This document shows positions 27,865 to 36,503 of a DNA stretch of 64,000 bases, one piece after another. The number at the start of each line of letters is the position of its first letter. Within the stretch, counting starts at the first letter, position 1. Location: contig CAZVXF010000001.1 in assembly GCA_964630875.1 (NCBI GenBank), positions 36,688-100,687 on the forward strand, in the 5' to 3' direction. This stretch comes from an uncultured bacterium. GTDB lineage: Bacteria; Chlamydiota; Chlamydiia; Chlamydiales; SM23-39. A model generated the notes under the pieces. The model worked only from the letters and a program-made list of their open reading frames with translations. It ran no database searches and was not told the origin of the DNA. Both the position numbers and the translations under genes were made by a program.

Positions 27865-28437
27865 ATGCATGAAAAAAAAATAGAAGGCCTTTTACTTCAA
27901 GCCATTCCTTATCTCGAGAATCAAAAAATTCTCAAAGTTTTAACGCCCCAGGAAGGTCTTCTCACGCTCATGGCAAAAAAAAGAGCCCTCGGACCATTCA
28001 CCCATCCTTTTTTGATTGCCGAATGGGTTTATAGAAGAGGCAAAGGAGAAATACACTCCTTAATTGATGCGACCCTTCTCAATGATCTTTCTGACCTTCG
28101 CAACAATTATACGACTCTTACAACAGCGGGACTTCTCGCACAAGATCTTCTCAAAACCCAATGGCCTGAAAAACCAGGTCATGGCCCCTATCTACTCGCG
28201 ACTGCTTTCCTTCAAAAACTTTTTTTAAATCCCGAGACTCTTCTCGCAAGTTTTAGACTTAAACTTCTTTTGCACGATGGTCATATTGGAGAACAGACTC
28301 TCCCATTCTCTCAAGAAGAACAGAAAATCGTCGATCAACTCATTTTTTCACGGCAATTTTCTTTCTTACAAAACTTAAAAATCGAGCAGACTCTCCAAGA
28401 GAAGATTCAGCAATTATTTTATTCATCAAATCATTAA
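27865..28437 (+). CDS. recO: DNA repair protein RecO (short form)
   Basis: The N-terminal OB-fold pattern is 'EGLLLQAIPYLENQKILKVLTPQEGLLTLMAKK'. At 190 aa it is shorter than typical RecO. Confidence 0.6.
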   Translation: MHEKKIEGLLLQAIPYLENQKILKVLTPQEGLLTLMAKKRALGPFTHPFLIAEWVYRRGKGEIHSLIDATLLNDLSDLRNNYTTLTTAGLLAQDLLKTQWPEKPGHGPYLLATAFLQKLFLNPETLLASFRLKLLLHDGHIGEQTLPFSQEEQKIVDQLIFSRQFSFLQNLKIEQTLQEKIQQLFYSSNH

Positions 28438-28442
28438 TAATG

Positions 28443-28598
28443 CCAATTATGAAAAATAACTTAGAGTTTTACAAGGAAGCTGCGCTAATTTTTTTGTCTG
28501 GAACGAGCGACCATTGCCGAATGGCAAGGCGCGAGTGAAGACAAAAAATTTGCGGCTTCGCTGACGCAGTCAAACCGAAAGTTATTTTTCATAATTGG
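28443..28598. repeat. 156-bp long imperfect palindrome with perfect 20-bp terminal inverted repeats
   Basis: ccaattatgaaaaataactt (28443-28462) is the exact reverse complement of aagttatttttcataattgg (28579-28598). Inner segments pair partially (aatttttttgtct / agacaaaaaatt; ttgcc-gaat-ggcaa). Confidence 0.7.
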
Positions 28599-28623
28599 TA
28601 TAACTAAAACTGAAGTGAATAAA

Positions 28624-28696
28624 TGCACCGAGAGGGATTCGAACCCCCAACCCCTTGGTCCGAAGCCAAGTGCTCTATCCGTTGAGCTATCGGTGC
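28624..28696 (-). tRNA. tRNA-Arg (anticodon UCG)
   Basis: The reverse complement folds as a cloverleaf: GCACCGA-TA-GCTC...CTTGG-CTTCGGA-CCAAG...GGGGG-TTCGAAT-CCCTC-TCGGTGC-A. CCA is not encoded. Confidence 0.9.
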
Positions 28697-28717
28697 CTGA
28701 GATTCAAAATAGAGAAA

Positions 28718-28801
28718 TGCGAAAGAGGGGACTCGAACCCCTATGGGCTTGCGCCCGCTACCACCTCAAGGTAGTGCGTCTACCAGTTTCGCCACCTTCG
28801 C
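28718..28801 (-). tRNA. tRNA-Leu (anticodon GAG), class II with long variable arm
   Basis: The reverse complement is GCGAAGGTGGCGAAACTGGTAGACGCACTACC-TTGAGGT-GGTAG-CGGGCGCAAGCCCAT-AGGGG-TTCGAGT-CCCCT-CTTTCGC-A. Confidence 0.9.
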
Positions 28802-28923
28802 AAAGAATGATGTGGTCGAATATACAAAATATAATGACTTACACTCAATAAAAAACTTCGCAAAAAAAAACTTACCTGAAACCACCAAGGAAAAAATAGA
28901 GCTGGGAGAAGCCAAAAAAAGTT

Positions 28924-30507
28924 TTACTCGCAAAACTCTCTTAACCAGGCCGCGGGAGTCAACCGATGGCCGGTTACATGCTGAACCAGATCGCTCCAGT
29001 TCATGCGGTTGCCAGGAGAGAAGAGCTTTTTGTGGAGAAAAAGACCTGCATCTTTTGTCGCAATTTCGATGGACCCAGTCTCTTTTTTAAGCGTCTCCTG
29101 AATGGAGGATGCAAACATTTCCCCGAGTAGGTAGCTAAAATAATACACAGGCGCTAGACCAATATGATATTTTGTTGCCCAATCATGTTTCTTTTCGCGA
29201 CAAGGCGGTCTGCGAATTTTTTGATATTTTTCAACGCAGGACCACCAGAGTTCGTTCAAATCTTGACCGGGATTCGAATAAAGAGCGCTTTCAAATGCGG
29301 TCATCACGAGTACCCATCGACTAAAAATAAGCTGTCGACGAGTGAGACTTTTTGCAGCTTTTTGAATGAGAGGACGATGGCTTGGCATTTCTCCAATCAG
29401 GATGGGAAGAGAACTGACTCGATAGGCTTGTCTTCCTGCAAGTAATGCCATCGCTTCTGTCGTAATCATATGAGGCGGTTCGCGCAAAACCCAAGGAAGA
29501 TTGAGATCAATTCCACGATCATAAATTGCATGTCCATATTCGTGTAAAACAGTTTCAAGCCACTTAATGGCAGGCTTTACATTGTTCAATGTGCGAACAT
29601 CCCCTTTTCGATCGATATGTATGCAAAAAGCGTGCTGATTTTTACCAGGCCTTTCAAACATATCGCTTTTTTCTAAAATTGACCGAACATCGACTCCCAT
29701 ATGGTCATAAAAAGAAGTACAAACATCCACGATATCTATATCTTCGACAAGCATATCTAACTCATGACTATCAAGAGGATCTTCTTGGCAAAATGGTTCG
29801 CTCCACGCCCAAGGTCCAAGCTCTGATTGCAATACGCCAAATCGTTCCATTTGATTTTTTTCGATCTCTTTCATCATTGAGGAATATGCAATAGCGGACT
29901 TTTCAGCGACGGTTTCAAAAGTTTCCAGAAGCCATGCTCGATCCACTTCCTGAAGCTCGAGTTGCATTTGAAAATAATCAGGATAACCTAAAGCTTTAGC
30001 GCCTGTATTTCGCAAAAATACAAGTTCCAGAATTTGAGGAGCTAATACGTCCCCTATATTTTTTGATGCTTCCCAAGTTTTTTTTCTCTTTTCAACATCA
30101 TTTTCAGTCTTTAAGGCGGATCGGATTTCATTTTCAGTCAGCTTTTTCCCATGAACAACAGGGCGAAATTGCCCATAACTTTGCGTTAAAGCCGCCTCTT
30201 TTTGCGCGATTTCTTCAAGCAGTTCTTTCGGAAACTGGTTTTGCTTAAACGCTCTCATTAGACAATTTAACTCTCTATGAAGAATCGGATTTTGAATCTC
30301 CCCTGACTCGTACCAAGATCGCAGTTTCTGATAGCCAGCTGGCTCACTCAATAAAATCCGCAGTTCTGTATCGATATCTGCACGTAAATCCGCAGCATCA
30401 TTTGAGCTTGTTGTTTCTAAAAGCCAGGTCGCTTTATTCAACTGCGTAAATTTTTTTTCATATAGAGGAACAAAATATTCGAGAAATTTTTCAAAAGGAT
30501 GTGTCAT
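28924..30507 (-). CDS. Gluzincin zinc metallopeptidase (M3/PepF-like or M2-like)
   Basis: 527 aa with an HEXXH motif at '[10 protein letters not shown]'. It is an all-helical cytosolic-type peptidase, and the family assignment is tentative. Confidence 0.6.
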   Translation of the reverse strand: MTHPFEKFLEYFVPLYEKKFTQLNKATWLLETTSSNDAADLRADIDTELRILLSEPAGYQKLRSWYESGEIQNPILHRELNCLMRAFKQNQFPKELLEEIAQKEAALTQSYGQFRPVVHGKKLTENEIRSALKTENDVEKRKKTWEASKNIGDVLAPQILELVFLRNTGAKALGYPDYFQMQLELQEVDRAWLLETFETVAEKSAIAYSSMMKEIEKNQMERFGVLQSELGPWAWSEPFCQEDPLDSHELDMLVEDIDIVDVCTSFYDHMGVDVRSILEKSDMFERPGKNQHAFCIHIDRKGDVRTLNNVKPAIKWLETVLHEYGHAIYDRGIDLNLPWVLREPPHMITTEAMALLAGRQAYRVSSLPILIGEMPSHRPLIQKAAKSLTRRQLIFSRWVLVMTAFESALYSNPGQDLNELWWSCVEKYQKIRRPPCREKKHDWATKYHIGLAPVYYFSYLLGEMFASSIQETLKKETGSIEIATKDAGLFLHKKLFSPGNRMNWSDLVQHVTGHRLTPAAWLREFCE

Positions 30508-30508
30508 A

Positions 30509-30730
30509 ATGTTCTCAATGAAATCTGTGTTTATTTTTATTCTTCGCTGTTATCAAGCAACCATAAGTCCTTTTTTTGGCCATTGTTGCAGATTCTCTCC
30601 CACATGTTCAGAATATTCCATACAATCGATTAAAAAATACGGCATTCTAAAGGCAAGTTGGCTCATCCTAAAAAGAATCTCTAAATGCCATCCTTTCCAT
30701 AAAGGCGGAATTGATCTTCCTAAGGAATGA
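30509..30730 (+). CDS. yidD: Membrane protein insertion efficiency factor YidD
   Basis: '[57 protein letters not shown]'. Confidence 0.9.
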   Translation: MFSMKSVFIFILRCYQATISPFFGHCCRFSPTCSEYSIQSIKKYGILKASWLILKRISKCHPFHKGGIDLPKE

Positions 30731-32345
30731 CAAGTACCATCCCCGGAAGAAGGCGATCTTTTTCGATCTGATTTGCCTGTACAATCTCATCCACTTTTAC
30801 GTTGTATATCCTCGAAATTTTCCACAAACTCTCCCCTTCCTTCACCACGTGTTGACGAGTAGAAAAACGGCTGCCAAGCTCCTGTTCTGGAGGTGGGGTT
30901 TCATGAGACTGCAGCGGTCCTTTGGGTGGAGTTGGAGTCACTTTAGGATTTTGAAACGCCTTTTGGTTTGCATTTTGCGGAGCATTCAATTGCTGATTTG
31001 CAGGCATATTCGTCCCATTCAGAGGAACAATTGTTGAGTTACTTTGCCGATTGGAATTTAAGTTGCTTTGAGATGATGAATTGTTTTTGCCAGGCTGATT
31101 TGAACGATTGCCATCGCTGTTTTGCGGATCATTCCCAGTTTGTTTTTTTGGATAGGAGTTGTTCGATTTGGATGGAGTTGAATTGTTGCTTGGAAAATTA
31201 TTTTGCAAGTCGGATGGTGTTGTATCGTATTGCGGATAATTGCCATGAATTTGCGGGGGAGAACTTTGCTGGCTTGAAGGTAGCGGTGTTGTATTGTTTT
31301 GTGGATAATTGCCATTTTGTTGATTGACTCCCTGCATTGGAGTTTGATTTCTTTGTGGCGCTCGCTGTGCTGTATTTCCTTCAAATCGCGCGATTGCATC
31401 CTGGTGACTCATGAATTGAGGCGGATTTTCTCCAGCGTATAAGTACAGATTTCTCGCTGCTTTATTCCGCACTGCATCGGATCTTGGCGAACGAAGCAAT
31501 TCTAAACACAATCGTTCTGCTTCCGGATTTTTTTCTGTTAACAAGGAAAGGAGACCAATAATGCCCTGATCCTCTAAACGCTTGGATACAAATGCAAAAT
31601 CTGTCGAGAGCAAGATGTGCGCTGCTGTTTTTGAACCAATCGCGAGATAACCCAAAAGAAGTGAGCGTCTACGATCAACAGACAAATCAAATAATTGAGC
31701 TTGCTGCTTTGTAAATTGATCAAGGATTTCCCAATTTCCTTCAGTAATTAGATGAATGAGAGATCCGACTAATTGGGGTGATTCAGACTTTTGAAAGAGC
31801 ATTGCAAGCGCATGAAATTCAGGAGTCACTAAAAACGCTTGAACAAGACTTTCATCCTTTGTTTCCGGCCATTTTTTTAACAGTTTAAAAAGACCCGCAC
31901 TTGTTAATGGCCATTTTTCTTCATATGCAAATCGAATAATCCCCTCAAATTGCTCATTCGACAAGCCAGGAAAGAGCTCAATACCATCTGCGATTGTACG
32001 TCTTTGAAGTGGAGAGAATGCGAGCGCCTTTTCTAAATGGAAATGATGAAAAGCGACAAGGCACGCAAGGCTCAAATCTCTTTTTAAATACCCTTCATCC
32101 ACAACTTCACGATTCGTAAGATAAGAAACGAGCTCATGAAAAGAGAGTTTTTCCATCTGAGCAATCGTTTTTTCTATACATGTTTCGGGATGATTCCCAT
32201 CAAAAGCGGAAGGCCGTATAGACACTTCAGAGGAGCTCTCTTTAGTGAAAAGACCTGTTGCAATCAGGCCGATATTGATCGCCCCGCTCAAAATTAAAGC
32301 AATTGTTAACACACGCAATTTTTTTTCTTGAGGGGAATCGCTCAT
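30720..32345 (-). CDS. Membrane-anchored protein with Q/N/P-rich low-complexity linker and C-terminal LysM domain
   Basis: N-terminal TM '[22 protein letters not shown]', a helical domain, a ~170-aa N/Q/P/S-rich region with 'GNYPQ'-type quasi-repeats, and the C-terminal LysM '[29 protein letters not shown]...[10 protein letters not shown]'. Confidence 0.75.
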   Translation of the reverse strand: MSDSPQEKKLRVLTIALILSGAINIGLIATGLFTKESSSEVSIRPSAFDGNHPETCIEKTIAQMEKLSFHELVSYLTNREVVDEGYLKRDLSLACLVAFHHFHLEKALAFSPLQRRTIADGIELFPGLSNEQFEGIIRFAYEEKWPLTSAGLFKLLKKWPETKDESLVQAFLVTPEFHALAMLFQKSESPQLVGSLIHLITEGNWEILDQFTKQQAQLFDLSVDRRRSLLLGYLAIGSKTAAHILLSTDFAFVSKRLEDQGIIGLLSLLTEKNPEAERLCLELLRSPRSDAVRNKAARNLYLYAGENPPQFMSHQDAIARFEGNTAQRAPQRNQTPMQGVNQQNGNYPQNNTTPLPSSQQSSPPQIHGNYPQYDTTPSDLQNNFPSNNSTPSKSNNSYPKKQTGNDPQNSDGNRSNQPGKNNSSSQSNLNSNRQSNSTIVPLNGTNMPANQQLNAPQNANQKAFQNPKVTPTPPKGPLQSHETPPPEQELGSRFSTRQHVVKEGESLWKISRIYNVKVDEIVQANQIEKDRLLPGMVLVIP

Positions 32346-32424
32346 ATATGACCTTTGGTAAAAAATTCATTGTAATGAACCTACTTATTGCTTCCAAGTC
32401 AAAAATAAGTTAAAATCTAAAGCT

Positions 32425-34770
32425 ATGAAAGTTCCGTTATCACTGCTTAAACAATACCTACCTTTAAACATTCCCATTGAGACGATTTGTGAAACGTTGA
32501 CGCTCCTTGGAATCGAGGTCGATAGTGTCATCAACGAACACCCACCTTTTGCGAAAGTGATTGTTGGTGAGATTCTTTCTGTGAAACCTCACGGAGATAA
32601 ACTCCAAATCGCGCAAGTTGATAATGGCAAACAAGCAGTCCAAGTCGTGTGTGGTGCAAGCAACTGTCGCCCCGGGATTAAAACCGCGTTTGCAGTCGTT
32701 GGATCGATGGTCAACAATGCGACCATTGAAAAAGCCACAATTCGGGGAGCTGAATCCTATGGAATGTTGTGCTCCGCAGGTGAACTTCAAATTTGGAAAG
32801 ATCACACAGGAATTCTGGAATTGCCAAGCAATTGGCACAATGGCACAGATCTCTCCTCTTTACTCTGGGATCCTATTTTAGAGCTTTCTTTAACCCCAAA
32901 TCTTGGACATTGTTTAAGTGCGCTTGGGATTGCGCGAGAATTGGCAGCAAAGATGCAAGAGAAAATGCAAGAGGAAACGATTCAACTTTCCGAAACATCT
33001 CTTCAGAAAAAAATCAAAATACAAATTGACGATTCTCAACTCGTTCCTCTGTATATGGGTCGTGTCATCGAGAATGTGCAAGTGGGTCCATCCCCCTTTT
33101 GGCTCCAAAAAATTCTTCATTCCTGTGGTCTAAGGCCGATTAACAATATTGTTGATATCACTAACTACATCCTCATCAAAAGAGGTCAGCCTCTCCATGC
33201 ATTTGATTATGATCGACTCGATCGTCAAGTTCTTCACTTAGGTCTTTCAAAACATAAGGAAATCTGGCGTGGGATTGATGGACTAGATCGCGAAATTCCG
33301 GTTGGAACTTTTGTCATTTCTGATGCGGAGAAAATCGTCGCAATTGCCGGGGCTCACGGCGGTGATCACAGCGCGGTCAATGAGAATACGAAAACTATTT
33401 TCCTAGAAGCTGCATTTTTTGACCCAATGGCTGTACGAAAGAGCGCCAAAAAAGCGGGCGTTCGTACTGATAGTTCAATCCGTTTTGAAAAAGGGGTTGA
33501 TCCAAATGGAGTTGAAGACGCTTTGAATGAAGCCGCAGCTTTGATTGCTAAATACGCGCATGGAACAGTAGGTGAAAAGTTCGAGTCTTGCAAAGGGCCT
33601 TTTTTACCTAAAAAGCTTTCTGTACGACCGGAAAGAGTGAACAAGCTTCTTGGCACAAAATTGTCTCGTACAGAGATGGAGAATATTTTTCAAAGACTTG
33701 GAATAAAAATCAGTGGCAAGCCAAACGAGCCTATTTTTGTAGAAATTCCGACCTATCGTTTTGATCTCAACGAAGAAATTGATTTGATCGAGGAAGTGGT
33801 CCGAATTTACGGCTACAACACAATCGATAAAGGCTCTTCCCGTAGCACACCTTCTAGTTTGCCAAACGATGCGATCTTTCTGTTTGAAAAAAATCTCCGG
33901 AAACGTCTCTCAGGGCTTGGGTTACAAGAATTTCTGACCTCCAATCTAATCAGTCCAAAACTGGCAGATCTATGTTCAGATTTCATGAGTGAGCGCGGCA
34001 TACAACTCCATAAAACTCTGCATGCAAAAACTGAAGAGTATTCCATTTTACGGCCCTCTCTTTTTCCGGGACTCATGCAAGTGGCTCTCAATAATTTCGA
34101 TGTGAAAAACAATCGCTTCAGCGGCTTTGAAATCGGTCACATCCATTTTCTTCAAAATGGAAAAAGTGTAGAAGTGCCCATGCTTGCGCTTCTATTGACG
34201 GGACAAAGCGCGCCAACAAATTGGCAGCACAAATCGGAAGAGGTTGATTTTTATACACTGAAAGGACTCATCGAAAATCTGTTTTCGGCGCTGCGCATGC
34301 CAAATCTCACCTTTAAAGCCGGAAAACACATTCGTTTACACCCAGGAAGACAGGCTGAAATTTGTTTCAATGACTTGGTGATTGGTTCTTTTGGAGAAAT
34401 CCATCCAAAAGTCCTATCTTCTTTTGGAATCAAACAAAGGCTCTTGTTTGCAGAGATGGATATCGAGCATTTAATGAAGCTCCATTGCCCGCAAGCGTAC
34501 TTTACTCAAATCCCTCACCTACCCTCTTCAGAGCGAGATTTAACGATCCCTGTCCCTTTGCAGATGCAAATGGAAACGTTGTTCAAAGCAATCGAAAAAA
34601 ATCGCCCAAAAATTCTTGAAAAATTTGAACTGATCGATCTCTACACGCCTGAAAATGCGGACCACAAAAATGCAACCATTCGCTTCACTTATCGAGATCC
34701 AATCAAAACTGTGTCCTCTGAAGAAGTGGAGAAAGAACACGCCGATTTAATCGCACATTTAAAAACGTAA
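32425..34770 (+). CDS. pheT: Phenylalanine--tRNA ligase beta subunit
   Basis: 781 aa. The N-terminal tRNA-binding domain is 'VIVGEILSVKPHGDKLQIAQVDNG...VVCGASN', followed by B3/4, B5 and FDX-ACB regions. Confidence 0.92.
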   Translation: MKVPLSLLKQYLPLNIPIETICETLTLLGIEVDSVINEHPPFAKVIVGEILSVKPHGDKLQIAQVDNGKQAVQVVCGASNCRPGIKTAFAVVGSMVNNATIEKATIRGAESYGMLCSAGELQIWKDHTGILELPSNWHNGTDLSSLLWDPILELSLTPNLGHCLSALGIARELAAKMQEKMQEETIQLSETSLQKKIKIQIDDSQLVPLYMGRVIENVQVGPSPFWLQKILHSCGLRPINNIVDITNYILIKRGQPLHAFDYDRLDRQVLHLGLSKHKEIWRGIDGLDREIPVGTFVISDAEKIVAIAGAHGGDHSAVNENTKTIFLEAAFFDPMAVRKSAKKAGVRTDSSIRFEKGVDPNGVEDALNEAAALIAKYAHGTVGEKFESCKGPFLPKKLSVRPERVNKLLGTKLSRTEMENIFQRLGIKISGKPNEPIFVEIPTYRFDLNEEIDLIEEVVRIYGYNTIDKGSSRSTPSSLPNDAIFLFEKNLRKRLSGLGLQEFLTSNLISPKLADLCSDFMSERGIQLHKTLHAKTEEYSILRPSLFPGLMQVALNNFDVKNNRFSGFEIGHIHFLQNGKSVEVPMLALLLTGQSAPTNWQHKSEEVDFYTLKGLIENLFSALRMPNLTFKAGKHIRLHPGRQAEICFNDLVIGSFGEIHPKVLSSFGIKQRLLFAEMDIEHLMKLHCPQAYFTQIPHLPSSERDLTIPVPLQMQMETLFKAIEKNRPKILEKFELIDLYTPENADHKNATIRFTYRDPIKTVSSEEVEKEHADLIAHLKT

Positions 34771-34836
34771 CAAAAAATCTTGCTAAATCCAACACGCTCA
34801 CATAAGATGTCCCTTATGTTTTTTATGGAGTTTTTT

Positions 34837-35820
34837 ATGAAGCGAGCCCATTTATCACTACTCGTTCTTTCGGGTCTAGCCCTTGCATCTTGTAGTCATA
34901 ATTCATCTTTGGATCAAGTGATCTCTCAGAAATTTGTACATAAATATGGATTTGATGTTTCTTCTAAAGAATGGGAAGAAAGATCTAAAGATGGCAAAAT
35001 TGTAGAAGAATTGAAAAATGGGATTACCATTACTCGTGCTTACGAAAATGGTCAACTTCATGGACCTACTACATACACATTTGCAAACAGCTCAGTGGTC
35101 GAAAAACTGCTTGTCTATGATCAAGGGACTCTTTTGAAAGAGACAGTATTTGATCCAAAAGGAATGCCCGTTCGCGAAGATCTTTATGAATTCGATGAAC
35201 GCAATATCATCACATTATGGAGCAATCGCGGTGTTCCGTTAAGTATTGAAGAATATGAAAATGAAACATTGATCGATGGGAAATATTTTACACCCGATCA
35301 TGAGCTCGAAGCAAAAGTTGAAAATGGATATGGCTATCGCATCAAAAGAACAAGAGAAGGTCTTCTTGTTTCCAGAGATGAGATTAAAAACGGAAATATG
35401 GCTGAAAGAACAACCTATCATCCTAACGGCGAGATTCATACTGTTTCACATTATGACGATTACCAATTGCACGGTTTGCAAGCGAAGTTCTCTCCTTCTG
35501 GAATTCCTCTTCAGGAGCTTTCCTGGAATCATGGTGAACTCAATGGGCAAAAAGTCATTTTTCGCAATGGGATTCGCGTTGCTGAAATTCCCTACATCAA
35601 TGGCGTCAAACACGGCACGGAATATCATTATGATGATTTGGGAAACCTAATCTCTGAAACGACTTGGAGAAACAATAAAAAGCATGGCTGCTGCAAATCG
35701 TATACTGAAGATAGCATCGATTCCGAATGGTTCCATAATGGAATGGCAGTTGACGCTCACAAATTCGTTCTTTTAGAACATCGAGAAAAAATCTTAGCCG
35801 AACTATCGCTAGATAAATAA
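34837..35820 (+). CDS. MORN-variant (YwqK-family) repeat lipoprotein
   Basis: Lipobox 'LVLSGLALASC|SH' with tGGAGttttttATG at 34837. Repeats of the type 'Y.NG.LHG....Y..NG' are present. Confidence 0.7.
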   Translation: MKRAHLSLLVLSGLALASCSHNSSLDQVISQKFVHKYGFDVSSKEWEERSKDGKIVEELKNGITITRAYENGQLHGPTTYTFANSSVVEKLLVYDQGTLLKETVFDPKGMPVREDLYEFDERNIITLWSNRGVPLSIEEYENETLIDGKYFTPDHELEAKVENGYGYRIKRTREGLLVSRDEIKNGNMAERTTYHPNGEIHTVSHYDDYQLHGLQAKFSPSGIPLQELSWNHGELNGQKVIFRNGIRVAEIPYINGVKHGTEYHYDDLGNLISETTWRNNKKHGCCKSYTEDSIDSEWFHNGMAVDAHKFVLLEHREKILAELSLDK

Positions 35821-35829
35821 TTAATTTTT

Positions 35830-35856
35830 CTCTGTGGTAAACGATTTACCACAGAG
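35830..35856. terminator. Perfect 12-bp stem / 3-nt loop bidirectional terminator hairpin
   Basis: ctctgtggtaaa-cga-tttaccacagag sits between convergent genes. It shares its core with the hairpin at 4488-4522. Confidence 0.65.
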
Positions 35857-35864
35857 ATTGTTAT

Positions 35865-36215
35865 TTAATTTTCTTGGATTTCAGAACATCCTTCAACTGA
35901 AGGAGTCGCTTCAAGACACACCACTTCTTCTGTTTGATGATTCATTGGAATTGTACTTTCTAATACTTCATGGATATCAGCGATGATCGATGCAGGCTCG
36001 ATATTGACTTCCTCTGCCCAAGAAGTCGAAGTATCATTTGTTCCATACACATGTAAATCGACATCTTCCTCTTCTACATCTACATGTGGAATCGGTTGTT
36101 CTTGCGCGCTCATGCTCGCAGCGGGAGCTCTTGGATTGCGATTTTGACACGCAGCTGCCATTGTCAGAATGCTTCCTGCGATAACTCCTAGGTATATTTT
36201 CTTCATTTTCTTCAC
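35865..36215 (-). CDS. Hypothetical acidic lipoprotein
   Basis: Lipobox 'GSILTMAAAC|QN' with a Glu/Asp-rich mature part. Confidence 0.55.
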   Translation of the reverse strand: MKKMKKIYLGVIAGSILTMAAACQNRNPRAPAASMSAQEQPIPHVDVEEEDVDLHVYGTNDTSTSWAEEVNIEPASIIADIHEVLESTIPMNHQTEEVVCLEATPSVEGCSEIQEN

Positions 36216-36317
36216 CTTTCAATAGTCATAGTGACAAACAATATATCTTAACACCGCCTTAAAAATCCATGGCACGCTTTTTGCATCATATATAAATACC
36301 AGAAAATAGAGGCATGC

Positions 36318-36503
36318 ATGAACCATCCAGAACTTTTAAAAAAAGTAGCTAAATTAGAATCTATGAATGACCAACTGATTTCCGAACTCAATTATCTTGA
36401 ATCACTTACAAGGTCACTTGGTTTTGCGGAAGGTTTGAAGACCTTGAAAGAAGCGGCTTTAGAAATGATTAATAGTGATAAAAAGCGCAAATCAAAAGAA
36501 TAA
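36318..36503 (+). CDS. Hypothetical small coiled-coil protein
   Basis: 61 aa with heptad-like 'LLKKVAKLESMNDQLISELNYLESL'. Its 3' end overlaps the convergent SNF2 gene by 12 nt. Confidence 0.4.
   Translation: MNHPELLKKVAKLESMNDQLISELNYLESLTRSLGFAEGLKTLKEAALEMINSDKKRKSKE

Noticed and set aside
28615-29090. Two + strand ORFs (78 aa and 115 aa) in the track
   Set aside because: They run antisense through tRNA-Arg, tRNA-Leu and the 3' end of the peptidase gene. They have no RBS, and their composition is dictated by the tRNA sequences.
31231-31308. DnaA-box-like nonamers TGCGGATAA (31231-31239) and TGTGGATAA (31300-31308)
   Set aside because: Both lie inside the LysM gene and arise from the repeated 'NYPQ' codons on the opposite strand. 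They are not in an AT-rich intergenic cluster, so they are not taken as oriC.
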